From assembly GCF_009914755.1 (NCBI RefSeq), contig NC_060948.1: 64,000 nt of DNA; one strand, given 5' to 3'. The notes below the pieces were generated by a model. It worked only from the letters and a program-made list of their open reading frames with translations, had not been told where the DNA came from and did no database searches. The DNA is from the human T2T-CHM13v2.0 reference genome, Homo sapiens. The first letter of the stretch is position 1. Every line of letters starts with the position of its first letter. This document shows positions 26,775 through 40,985 of this stretch, piece by piece. The translations under genes were made by a program, and so were the position numbers.

Positions 26775-29700
26775 GGCCTGGAATAAAGTGGAATGCTACG
26801 GTCTCGAATGGAATAAAAATGTATGGAATGGAATGCAATGAAACGGAATCGAATGTCATAGAATGTAATGGAATGCAAAAAAATGGAATCCAAAATCATT
26901 GACTGGAAAGGCTGGGTGTCGAAAGGAATTGACTCCAATGGAATGGAATCGAATGGAATGGAAGTGAATAGAATCGAACTAAATCGAATGGAATGGAACT
27001 GATAGGAACGGAATGGAAAGGAATGCAATGATTTGGCATGGAATGGAATCGAATGGCATCGAATGGAATGGAATGGAATGCAATGGAATGGAATGTATTA
27101 GAATGTAATGAACTTTAATGGAATGTACTCGAATGGATTCGACTGGAATGGAATGTTCTGGAAGTGAATGGACTCCAATGGAATGGATTCCAAAGGAATG
27201 GAATCGTACGGAATGGAATCTAATGGAATGGAATTAAATGGAAATGAATCAAATTGAATAGCACGGAATTGAATTGAATGGAATGGAATGCAATGGAATC
27301 TAATGAAACGGAAAGGAAAGGAATGGAATGGAATGGAATGGGCTGGAATGGAAAGGAATCGAAACGAATGGAATGGAATCGAACTGAAGAGACTGGAATG
27401 GAATGCACTGGAATGGAAGGGAGTGTAATGGAAGGTTCTCGAAAATAATGGAATCGAATGGAATGGAATTGAATGGAACGGAATAGAGTCGAATGGAATT
27501 GAATGGAATGGAATGGACTAGAGTGAAATGGAATCGAACCACAAGGAATGGACAGGAATAGAATGGTCTCGAATTGAATGGAATCGTATGGAATGGCATC
27601 AAACGGAATGGAATGGACAGCCACGGAATGGAATGCACTCGAATGCAATGGAGTCGAAACTAATGGACTGGAATAGAATGGACTCGACTGGTACGGACTC
27701 CAATGGAATGGAATCGAATGGAAGGGAATCGAACGGAATGGACTCGAAGGGAAAAGACTGCAATGGGAAGGTCTCGAATGGAATGGAAATTAATGGAATG
27801 GAATGGAATCGAATGAAATGGAGTCAAAAGGAATGGAATCGAATGGCAAGAAATCGAATGTAATGGAATCGCAAGGAATTGATGTGAACGGAACGGAATG
27901 GAATGGAATCCAAAGGAATGGAATGGAATGGAATGGAATCGAATGGAAAGGACTCGAATGGAAATCACTCGAATAGAATGCAATTTAATAAAATAGGATC
28001 AAATGTAATGGAGTGGAATGGAAAGGAATCGAAACGAAAGGAATGGAGACAGATGGAATGGAATGGAACAGAGAGCAATGGTATAGAATGGAATGGAATC
28101 ATCTGGAATGGAATTGAATGGAATGGAATAATATGAAATGGAATGGAATGGAATGGAATGGAATGCCCTTGAATTAAATGGACTGGAATGGAATGGACTC
28201 GAACAGAGTGGAATGGAAAGTGTTGAGATAGAATGGAATGGACTCCTTTGGAATGGTGTAGTATGCAATGCAATCGACTGGCAGGGAATCAAAAGGAATG
28301 TAATGGAATGGATTGGACTGGAATGCAATGGACTCGAATAGATTGGAAACGGAATGCAAAGGAATGGAATGGAATAGTATGGAATGGAATGGAAAGGAAT
28401 GGAGTGGAATAGACTAGAGTGGAATGGAATGGACTGGAAAGCAATGGACTGGAATGGAACTTTCTTGAATGGACTGGAATCAAACGGAATGGAATGCAAT
28501 GCAATCAAATGGCATGGAATAAAATAGAATGAAAGAGAATCAAATGGAATTGAATCGAATGGAATCGAATGGATTGGAAAGGAATAGAATGGAATGGAAT
28601 GGAATTGACTCAAATGGAATGGACTAGAATGGAATGGATTCGAATGGAAGGCAAAGGAATGGAATCTATTGGAATGGACTGTAATGGAATGCAATGGAAG
28701 GGATTGGAATGGACTCGAATGGAATGGACTGCAATAGAAAGGATTCGAATGGAATGAAAAAGAATTGAATGGAATAGAACAGAATGGAATCAAATCGAAT
28801 GAAATGGAATGGAATAGAAAGGAATGGAATGAAATGGAATGGAAAGGATTCGAATGGAATGCAATCGAATGGAATGGAATCGAACGGAATGGAATAAAAT
28901 GGAAGAAAACTGGCAAGAAATGGAATCGAAATGAATGGAGTGTTATGGAACGGACTCAAAAGGAATTGAATGTAACAGAATGGAGTGGAGTGGACTCGAA
29001 TATAATGGACTGGAATGGAATGAAATCACATGGAATGGGAACGAATGGAATGGAATGGAAAGGAATGGAATCGAATGGAAAGGAATCGAATGGAAGGGAA
29101 TGAAATTGAATCAACAGGAATGGAAGGGAATAGAATAGACGGTAATGGAATGGACTCGAATAGAATGGACACGAATGCTCAAATTGAATGGACTCGAATG
29201 GAATGGAAACGAAAGGAATGTCATCGAATGGAATTGAATCGATTGGAATGAAATCGCATAGAATGGAGTGGAATCAAATGGAATTGAATCGAAAGGAAAG
29301 GAAGCGAATGGACTGAAATGAAATGGAATGGAATTGAATGGAAAGTAATGCAATGGAATAGAATGGAACGAAATTTCACGGAATGGAATCAAACTGAATG
29401 GAATCAAATCAATGGAATCTAATCAAATGGAATGGAAAGGAATTGAATGGAGTAGATTGGATTGGATGGGATTGGAATGAAATGTACTGGAAAGGACTCG
29501 AATTTCATGAAACGGAATGGAATGAATTGGAACGGAATGGACTCGAATGGAATGGAATGTCATGGAATGGCATCAAATGGAATGGCATCAAATGGAATGG
29601 AATCGAATGCAATGGAATGCTATGGAATGGAATGCAATGCATTGGAATGGAATGTCCTCTAATGGAATGGATTCGAGTGGAATGGAATCGAATATAATGG

Positions 29701-30333
29701 AGTCGAATGAAATGGAATTGAAAGGAATGGGATCGAATACAATGGAATATACTGGAATGTAATGTAATGAACTCGAATGTAATTGACTGGAATGGAATGT
29801 ACATGAATGGAATGTAATCGAATGGAAAGTAATCCAATGGAATAGAATCTAATGCAATAAAATCGACTCAGATAGAGTAGAATGTAATGGAATGGAGTGC
29901 AGTGCAATGGAATGGAATGGAATGGAATGCAATTGAATGGAATGGAATGGAATGGAATGCAATGGAATGGGATGGAATGGTATGGAATGGATAGTAATGG
30001 ACTGGAGTGAAATGGACTGGAAAGGAATGGACTCAAATTCAAAGGGCTCGAAAGGAATGGAGTCAAATGGAATGGTCTGGAATGGAATGAACACGAATGT
30101 AATGCAATCCAATAGAATGGAATCGAATGGCATGGAATATAAAGAAATGGAATCGAAGAGAATGGAAACAAATGGAATGGAATTGAATGGAATGGAATTG
30201 AATGGAATGGGAACGAATGGAGTGAAATTGTATGCAGTAGAAGGGAATAGAATGGAATGCAAGCGAAAGGAAAGGAATGGATTGGAATGGAATGGAATTC
30301 ATTGGAATGGAAGGGAATGTAGTGTAATGGACA
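26775..30333 (+). repeat. DYZ1 unit, 3559 bp
   Basis: GGCC at 26775 to GGCC at 30334. Confidence 0.92.
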
Positions 30334-33300
30334 GGCCTGGAATAAAGTGGAATGCTACGGTCTCGAATGGAATAAAAATGTATGGAATGGAATGCAATGA
30401 AACGGAATCGAATGTCATAGAATGTAATGGAATGCAAAAAAATGGAATCCAAAATCATTGACTGGAAAGGCTGGGTGTCGAAAGGAATTGACTCCAATGG
30501 AATGGAATCGAATGGAATGGAAGTGAATAGAATCGAACTAAATCGAATGGAATGGAACTGATAGGAACGGAATGGAAAGGAATGCAATGATTTGGCATGG
30601 AATGGAATCGAATGGCATCGAATGGAATGGAATGGAATGCAATGGAATGGAATGTATTAGAATGTAATGAACTTTAATGGAATGTACTCGAATGGATTCG
30701 ACTGGAATGGAATGTTCTGGAAGTGAATGGACTCCAATGGAATGGATTCCAAAGGAATGGAATCGTACGGAATGGAGTCTAATGGAATGGAATTAAATGG
30801 AAATGAATCAAATTGAATAGCACGGAATTGAATTGAATGGAATCGAATGCAATGGAATCTAATGAAACGGAAAGGAAAGGAATGGAATGGAATGGAATGG
30901 GCTGGAATGGAAAGGAATCGAAACGAATGGAATGGAATCGAACTGAAGAGACTGGAATGGAATGCACTGGAATGGAAGGGAGTGTAATGGAAGGTTCTCG
31001 AAAATAATGGAATCGAATGGAATGGAATTGAATGGAACGGAATAGAGTCGAATGGAATTGAATGGAATGGAATGGACTAGAGTGAAATGGAATCGAACCA
31101 CAAGGAATGGACAGGAATAGAATGGTCTCGAATTGAATGGAATCGTATGGAATGGCATCAAACGGAATGGAATGGACAGCCACGGAATGGAATGCACTCG
31201 AATGCAATGGAGTCGAAACTAATGGACTGGAATAGAATGGACTCGACTGGTACGGACTCCAATGGAATGGAATCGAATGGAAGGGAATCGAACGGAATGG
31301 ACTCGAAGGGAAAAGACTGCAATGGGAAGGTCTCGAATGGAATGGAAATTAATGGAATGGAATGGAATCGAATGAAATGGAGTCAAAAGGAATGGAATCG
31401 AATGGCAAGAAATCGAATGTAATGGAATCGCAAGGAATTGATGTGAACGGAACGGAATGGAATGGAATCCAAAGGAATGGAATGGAATGGAATGGAATCG
31501 AATGGAAAGGACTCGAATGGAAATCACTCGAATAGAATGCAATTTAATAAAATAGGATCAAATGTAATGGAGTGGAATGGAAAGGAATCGAAACGAAAGG
31601 AATGGAGACAGATGGAATGGAATGGAACAGAGAGCAATGGTATAGAATGGAATGGAATCATCTGGAATGGAATTGAATGGAATGGAATAATATGAAATGG
31701 AATGGAATGGAATGGAATGGAATGCCCTTGAATTAAATGGACTGGAATGGAATGGACTCGAACAGAGTGGAATGGAAAGTGTTGAGATAGAATGGAATGG
31801 ACTCCTTTGGAATGGTGTAGTATGCAATGCAATCGACTGGCAGGGAATCAAAAGGAATGTAATCGAATGGATTGGACTGGAATGCAATGGACTCGAATAG
31901 ATTGGAAACGGAATGCAAAGGAATGGAATGGAATAGTATGGAATGGAATGGAAAGGAATGGAGTGGAATAGACTAGAGTGGAATGGAATGGACTGGAAAG
32001 CAATGGACTGGAATGGAACTTTCTTGAATGGACTGGAATCAAACGGAATGGAATGCAATGCAATCAAATGGCATGGAATAAAATAGAATGAAAGAGAATC
32101 AAATGGAATTGAATCGAATGGAATCGAATGGATTGGAAAGGAATAGAATGGAATGGAATGGAATTGACTCAAATGGAATGGACTAGAATGGAATGGATTC
32201 GAATGGAAGGCAAAGGAATGGAATCTATTGGAATGGACTGTAATGGAATGCAATGGAAGGGATTGGAATGGACTCGAATGGAATGGACTGCAATAGAAAG
32301 GATTCGAATGGAATGAAAAAGAATTGAATGGAATAGAACAGAATGGAATCAAATCGAATGAAATGGAATGGAATAGAAAGGAATGGAATGAAATGGAATG
32401 GAAAGGATTCGAATGGAATGCAATCGAATGGAATGGAATCGAACGGAATGGAATAAAATGGAAGAAAACTGGCAAGAAATGGAATCGAAATGAATGGAGT
32501 GTTATGGAACGGACTCAAAAGGAATTGAATGTAACAGAATGGAGTGGAGTGGACTCGAATATAATGGACTGGAATGGAATGAAATCACATGGAATGGGAA
32601 CGAATGGAATGGAATGGAAAGGAATGGAATCGAATGGAAAGGAATCGAATGGAAGGGAATGAAATTGAATCAACAGGAATGGAAGGGAATAGAATAGACG
32701 GTAATAGAATGGACTCGAATAGAATGGACAGGAATGCTCAAATTGAATGGACTCGAATGGAATGGAAACGAAAGGAATGTCATCGAATGGAATTGAATCG
32801 ATTGGAATGAAATCGCATAGAATGGAGTGGAATCAAATGGAATTGAATCGAAAGGAAAGGAAGCGAATGGACTGAAATGAAATGGAATGGAATTGAATGG
32901 AAAGTAATGCAATGGAATAGAATGGAACGAAATTTCACGGAATGGAATCAAACTGAATGGAATCAAATCAATGGAATCAAATCAAATGGAATGGAAAGGA
33001 ATTGAATGGAGTAGATTGGATTGGATGGGATTGGAATGAAATGTACTGGAAAGGACTCGAATTTCATGAAACGGAATGGAATGAATTGGAACGGAATGGA
33101 CTCGAATGGAATGGAATGTCATGGAATGGCATCAAATGGAATGGCATCAAATGGAATGGAATCGAATGCAATGGAATGCTATGGAATGGAATGGAATGCA
33201 TTGGAATGGAATGTCCTCTAATGGAATGGATTCGAGTGGAATGGAATCGAATATAATGGAGTTGAATGAAATGGAATTGAAAGGAATGGGATCGAATAGA

Positions 33301-33892
33301 ATGGAATATACTGGAATGTAATGTAATGAACTCGAATGTAATTGACTGGAATGGAATGTACATGAATGGAATGTAATCGAATGGAAAGTAATCCAATGGA
33401 ATAGAATCTAATGCAATAAAATCGACTCAGATAGAGTAGAATGTAATGGAATGGAGTGCAGTGCAATGGAATGGAATGGAATGGAATGCAATTGAATGGA
33501 ATGGAATGGAATGGAATGCAATGGAATGGGATGGAATGGTATGGAATGGATAGTAATGGACTGGAGTGAAATGGACTGGAAAGGAATGGACTCAAATTCA
33601 AAGGGCTCGAAAGGAATGGAGTCAAATGGAATGGTCTGGAATGGAATGAACACGAATGTAATGCAATCCAATAGAATGGAATCGAATGGCATGGAATATA
33701 AAGAAATGGAATCGAAGAGAATGGAAACAAATGGAATGGAATTGAATGGAATGGAATTGAATGGAATGGGAACGAATGGAGTGAAATTGTATGCAGTAGA
33801 AGGGAATAGAATGGAATGCAAGCGAAAGGAAAGGAATGGATTGGAATGGAATGGAATTCATTGGAATGGAAGGGAATGTAGTGTAATGGACA
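30334..33892 (+). repeat. DYZ1 unit, 3559 bp
   Basis: GGCC at 30334 to GGCC at 33893. Confidence 0.92.
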
Positions 33893-36800
33893 GGCCTGGA
33901 ATAAAGTGGAATGCTACGGTCTCGAATGGAATAAAAATGTATGGAATGGAATGCAATGAAACGGAATCGAATGTCATAGAATGTAATGGAATGCAAAAAA
34001 ATGGAATCCAAAATCATTGACTGGAAAGGCTGGGTGTCGAAAGGAATTGACTCCAATGGAATGGAATCGAATGGAATGGAAGTGAATAGAATCGAACTAA
34101 ATCGAATGGAATGGAACTGATAGGAACGGAATGGAAAGGAATGCAATGATTTGGCATGGAATGGAATCGAATGGCATCGAATGGAATGGAATGGAATGCA
34201 ATGGAATGGAATGTATTGGAATTTAATGAACTTTAATGGAATGTACTCGAATGGATTCGACTGGAATGGAATGTTCTGGAAGTGAATGGACTCCAATGGA
34301 ATGGATTCCAAAGGAATGGAATCGTACGGAATGGAATCTAATGGAATGGAATTAAATGGAAATGAATCAAATTGAATAGCACGGAATTGAATTGAATGGA
34401 ATGGAATGCAATGGAATCTAATGAAACGGAAAGGAAAGGAATGGAATGGAATGGAATGGGCTGGAATGGAAAGGAATCGAAACGAATGGAATGGAATCGA
34501 ACTGAAGAGACTGGAATGGAATGCACTGGAATGGAAGGGAGTGTAATGGAAGGTTCTCGAAAATAATGGAATCGAATGGAATGGAATTGAATGGAACGGA
34601 ATAGAGTCGAATGGAATTGAATGGAATGGAATGGACTAGAGTGAAATGGAATCGAACCACAAGGAATGGACAGGAATAGAATGGTCTCGAATTGAATGGA
34701 ATCGTATGGAATGGCATCAAACGGAATGGAATGGACAGCCACGGAATGGAATGCACTCGAATGCAATGGAGTCGAAACTAATGGACTGGAATAGAATGGA
34801 CTCGACTGGTACGGACTCCAATGGAATGGAATCGAATGGAAGGGAAACGAACGGAATGGACTCGAAGGGAAAAGACTGCAATGGGAAGGTCTCGAATGGA
34901 ATGGAAATTAATGGAATGGAATGGAATCGAATGAAATGGAGTCAAAAGGAATGGAATCGAATGGCAAGAAATCGAATGTAATGGAATCGCAAGGAATTGA
35001 TGTGAACGGAACGGAATGGAATGGAATCCAAAGGAATGGAATAGAATGGAATGGAATCGAATGGAAAGGACTCGAATGGAAATCACTCGAATAGAATGCA
35101 ATTTAATAAAATAGGATCAAATGTAATGGAATGGAATGGAAAGGAATCGAAACGAAAGGAATGGAGACAGATGGAATGGAATGGAACAGAGAGCAATGGT
35201 ATAGAATGGAATGGAATCATCTGGAATGGAATTGAATGGAATGGAATAATATGAAATGGAATGGAATGGAATGGAATGGAATGCCCTTGAATTAAATGGA
35301 CTGGAATGGAATGGACTCGAACAGAGTGGAATGGAAAGTGTTGAGATAGAATGGAATGGACTCCTTTGGAATGGTGTAGTATGCAATGCAATCGACTGGC
35401 AGGGAATCAAAAGGAATGTAATCGAATGGATTGGACTGGAATGCAATGGACTCGAATAGATTGGAAACGGAATGCAAAGGAATGGAATGGAATAGTATGG
35501 AATGGAATGGAAAGGAATGGAGTGGAATAGACTAGAGTGGAATGGAATGGACTGGAAAGCAATGGACTGGAATGGAACTTTCTTGAATGGACTGGAATCA
35601 AACGGAATGGAATGCAATGCAATCAAATGGCATGGAATAAAATAGAATGAAAGAGAATCAAATGGAATTGAATCGAATGGAATCGAATGGATTGGAAAGG
35701 AATAGAATGGAATGGAATGGAATGGACTCAAATGGAATGGACTAGAATGGAATGGATTCGAATGGAAGGCAAAGGAATGGAATCTATTGGAATGGACTGT
35801 AATGGAATGGAATGGAAGGGATTGGAATGGACTCGAATGGAATGGACTGCAATAGAAAGGATTCGAATGGAATGAAAAAGAATTGAATGGAATAGAACAG
35901 AATGGAATCAAATCGAATGAAATGGAATGGAATAGAAAGGAATGGAATGAAATGGAATGGAAAGGATTCGAATGGAATGCAATCGAATGGAATGGAGTCG
36001 AACGGAATGGAATAAAATGGAAGAAAACTGGCAAGAAATGGAATCGAAATGAATGGAGTGTTATGGAACGGACTCAAAAGGAATTGAATGTAATAGAATG
36101 GAGTGGAGTGGACTCGAATATAATGGACTGGAATGGAATGAAATCACATGGAATGGGAACGAATGGAATGGAATGGAAAGGAATGGAATCGAATGGAAAG
36201 GAATCGAATGGAAGGGAATGAAATTGAATCAACAGGAATGGAAGGGAATAGAATAGACGGTAATGGAATGGACTCGAATAGAATGGACACGAATGCTCAA
36301 ATTGAATGGACTCGAATGGAATGGAAACGAAAGGAATGTCATCGAATGGAATTGAATCGATTGGAATGAAATCGCATAGAATGGAGTGGAATCAAATGGA
36401 ATTGAATCGAAAGGAAAGGTAGCGAATGGACTGAAATGAAATGGAATGGAATTGAATGGAAAGTAATGCAATGGAATAGAATGGAACGAAATTTCACGGA
36501 ATGGAATCAAACTGAATGGAATCAAATCAATGGAATCAAATCAAATGGAATGGAAAGGAATTGAATGGAGTAGATTGGATTGGATGGGATTGGAAGGAAA
36601 TGTACTGGAAAGGACTCGAATTTCATGAAACGGAATGGAATGAATTGGAACGGAATGGACTCGAATGGAATGGAATGTCATGGAATGGCATCAAATGGAA
36701 TGGCATCAAATGGAATGGAATCGAATGCAATGGAATGCTATGGAATGGAATGGAATGCATTGGAATGGAATGTCCTCTAATGGAATGGATTCGAGTGGAA

Positions 36801-37436
36801 TGGAATCGAATATAATGGAGTCGAATGAAATGGAATTGAAAGGAATGGGATCGAATACAATGGAATATACTGGAATGTAATGTAATGAACTCGAATGTAA
36901 TTGACTGGAATGGAATGTACATGAATGGAATGTAATCGAATGGAAAGTAATCCAATGGAATAGAATCTAATGCAATAAAATCGACTCAGATAGAGTAGAA
37001 TGTAATGGAATGGAGTGCAGTGCAATGGAATGGAATGGAATGGAATGCAATGGAATGGAATGGAATGGAATGGGATGGAATGGTATGGAATGGACAGTAA
37101 TGGACTGGAGTGAAATGGACTGGAAAGGAATGGACTCAAATTGAAAGGGCTCGAAAGGAATAGAGACAAATGGAATGGTCTAGAATGGAATGAACACGAA
37201 TGTAATGCAATCCAATAGAATGGAGTCGAATGGCATGGAATATAAAGAAATGGAATCGAAGAGAATGGAAACAAATGGAATGGAATTGAATGGAATGGAA
37301 TTGAATGGAATGGGAACGAATGGAGTGAAATTGTATGCAGTAGAAGAGAATAGAATGGAATGCAAGCGAAAGGAAAGGAATGGATTGGAATGGAATGGAA
37401 TTCATTGGAATGGAAGGGAATGTAGTGTAATGGACA
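33893..37436 (+). repeat. DYZ1 unit, 3544 bp
   Basis: GGCC at 33893 to GGCC at 37437. Confidence 0.92.
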
Positions 37437-40400
37437 GGCCTGGAATAAAGTGGAATGCTACGGTCTCGAATGGAATAAAAATGTATGGAATGGAATGCAA
37501 TGAAACGGAATCGAATGTCATAGAATGTAATGGAATGCAAAAAAATGGAATCCAAAATCATTGACTGGAAAGGCTGGGTGTCGAAAGGAATTGACTCCAA
37601 TGGAATGGAATCGAATGGAATGGAAGTGAATAGAATCGAACTAAATCGAATGGAATGGAATTGATAGGAACGGAATGGAAAGGAATGCAATGATTTGGCA
37701 TGGAATGGAATCGAATGGCATCGAATGGAATGGAATGGAATGCAATGGAATGGAATGTATTAGAATGTAATGAACTTTAATGGAATGTACTCGAATGGAT
37801 TCGACTGGAATGGAATGTTGTGGAAGTGAATGGACTCCAATGGAATGGATTCCAAAGGAATGGAATCGTACGGAATGGAATCTAATGGAATGGAATTAAA
37901 TGGAAATGAATCAAATTGAATAGCACGGAATTGAATTGAATGGAATGGAATGCAATGGAATCTAATGAAACGGAAAGGAAAGGAATGGAATGGAATGGAA
38001 TGGGCTGGAATGGAAAGGAATCGAAACGAATGGAATGGAATCGAACTGAAGAGACTGGAATGGAATGCACTGGAATGGAAGGGAGTGTAATGGAAGGTTC
38101 TCGAAAAAAATGGAATTGAATGGAATGGAATTGAATGGAACGCAATAGAGTCGAATGGAATTGAATGGAATGGAATGGACTAGAGTGAAATGGAATCGAA
38201 CCACAAGGAATGGAGAGGAATAGAATGGTCTCGATTTGAATGGGATCGTATGGAATGGCATCAAACGGAATGGAATGGACAGCCACGGAATGGAATGCAC
38301 TCGAATGCAATGGAGTCGAAACTAATGGACTGGAATAGAATGGACTCGACTGGTACGGACTCCAATGGAATGGAATCGAATGGAAGGGAATCGAACGGAA
38401 TGGACTCGAAGGGAAAAGACTGCAATGGAAAGGTCTCGAATGGAATGGAAATTAATGGAATGGAATGGAATCGAATGAAATGGAGTCAAAAGGAATGGAA
38501 TCGAATGGCAAGAAATCGAATGTAATGGAATCGCAAGGAATTGATGTGAACGGAACGGAATGGAATGGAATCCAAAGGAATGGAATAGAATGGAATGGAA
38601 TCGAATGGAAAGGACTCGAATGGAAATCACTCGAATAGAATGCAATTTAATAAAATAGGATCAAATGTAATGGAATGGAATGGAAAGGAATCGAAACGAA
38701 AGGAATGGAGACAGATGGAATGGAATGGAACAGAGAGCAATGGTATAGAATGGAATGGAATCATCTGGAATGGAATTGAATGGAATGGAATAATATGAAA
38801 TGGAATGGAATGGAATGGAATGGAATGCCCTTGAATTAAATGGACTGGACTCGAACAGAGTGGAATGGAAAGTGTTGAGATAGAATGGAATGGACTCCTT
38901 TGGAATGGTGTAGTATGCAATGCAATCGACTGGCATGGAATCAAAAGGAATGTAATGGAATGGATTGGACTGGAATGCAATGGACTCGAATAGATTGGAA
39001 ACGGAATGCAAAGGAATGGAATGGAATAGTATGGAATTTAATGGAAAGGAATGGAGTGGAATAGACTAGAGTGGAATGGAATGGACTGGAAAGCAATGGA
39101 CTGGAATGGAACTTTCTTGAATGGACTGGAATCAAACGGAATGGAATGCAATGCAATCAAATGGCATGGAATAAAATAGAATGAAAGAGAATCAAATGGA
39201 ATTGAATCGAATGGAATCGAATGGATTGGAAAGGAATAGAATGGAATGGAATGGAATTGACTCAAATGGAATGGACTAGAATGGAATGGATTCGAAAGGA
39301 AGGCAAAGGAATGGAATCTATTGGAATGGACTGAAATGGAATGGAATGGAAGGGATTGGAATGGACTCGAATGGAATGGACTGCAATAGAAAGGATTCGA
39401 ATGGAATGAAAAAGAATTGAATGGAATAGAACAGAATGGAATCAAATCGAATGAAATGGAATGGAATAGAAAGGAATGGAATGAAATGGAATGGAAAGGA
39501 TTCGAATGGAATGCAATCGAATGGAATGGAATCGAACGGAATGGAATAAAATGGAAGAAAACAGGCAAGAAATGGAATCGAAAGGAATGGAGTGTTATGG
39601 AACGGACTCAAAAGGAATTGAATGTAATAGAATGGAGTGGAGTGGACTCAAATATAATGGACTGGAATGGAATGAAATCACATGGAATGGGAACGAATGG
39701 AATGGAATGGAAAGGAATGGAATCGAATGGAAAGGAATCGAATGGAAGGGAATGAAATTGAATCAACAGGAATGGAAGGGAATAGAATAGACGGTAATGG
39801 AATGGACTCGAATAGAATGGACACGAATGCTCAAATTGAATGGACTCGAATGGAATGGAAACGAAAGGAATGTCATCGAATGGAATTGAATCGATTGGAA
39901 TGAAATCGCATAGAATGGAGTGGAATCAAATGGAATTGAATCGAAAGGAAAGGAAGCGAATGGACTGAAATGAAATGGAATGGAATTGAATGGAAAGTAA
40001 TGCAATGGAATAGAATGGAACGAAATTTCACGGAATGGAATCAAACTGAATGGAATCAAATCAATGGAATCCAATCAAATGGAATGGAAAGGAATTGAAT
40101 GGAGTAGATTGGATTGGATGGGATTGGAATGAAATGTACTGGAAAGGACTCGAATTTCATGAAACGGAATGGAATGAATTGAAACGGAATGGACTCGAAT
40201 GGAATGGAATGTCATGGAATGGCATCAAATGGAATGGCATCAAATGGAATGGAATCGAATGCAATGGAATGCTATGGAATGGAATGGAATGCATTGGAAT
40301 GGAATGTCCTCTAATGGAATGGATTCGAGTGGAATGGAATCGAATATAATGGAGTCGAATGAAATGGAATTGAAAGGAATGGGATCGAATACAATGGAAT

Positions 40401-40985
40401 ATACTGGCATGTAATGTAATGAACTCGAATGTAATTGACTGGAATGGAATGTACATGAATGGAATGTAATCGAATGGAAAGTAATCCAATGGAATAGAAT
40501 CTAATGCAATAAAATCGACTCAGATAGAGTAGAATGTAATGGAATGGAGTGCAGTGCAATGGAATGGAATGGAATGGAATGCAATGGAATGGAATGGAAT
40601 GGAATGGAATGGAATGGAATGGGATGGAATGGTATGGAATGGATAGTAATGGACTGGAGTGAAATGGACTGGAAAGGAATGGACTCAAATTGAAAGGGCT
40701 CGAAAGGAATGGAGTCAAATGGAATGGTCTGGAATGGAATGAACACGAATGTAATGCAATCCAATAGAATGGAATCGAATGGCATGGAATATAAAGAAAT
40801 GGAATCGAAGAGAATGGAAACAAATGGAATGGAATTGAATGGAATGGAATTGAATGGAATGGGAACGAATGGAGTGAAATTGTATGCAGTAGAAGGGAAT
40901 AGAATGGAATGCAAGCGAAAGGAAAGGAATGGATTGGAATGGAATGGAATTCATTGGAATGGAAGGGAATGTAGTGTAATGGACA
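37437..40985 (+). repeat. DYZ1 unit, 3549 bp
   Basis: GGCC at 37437 to GGCC at 40986. Confidence 0.92.
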
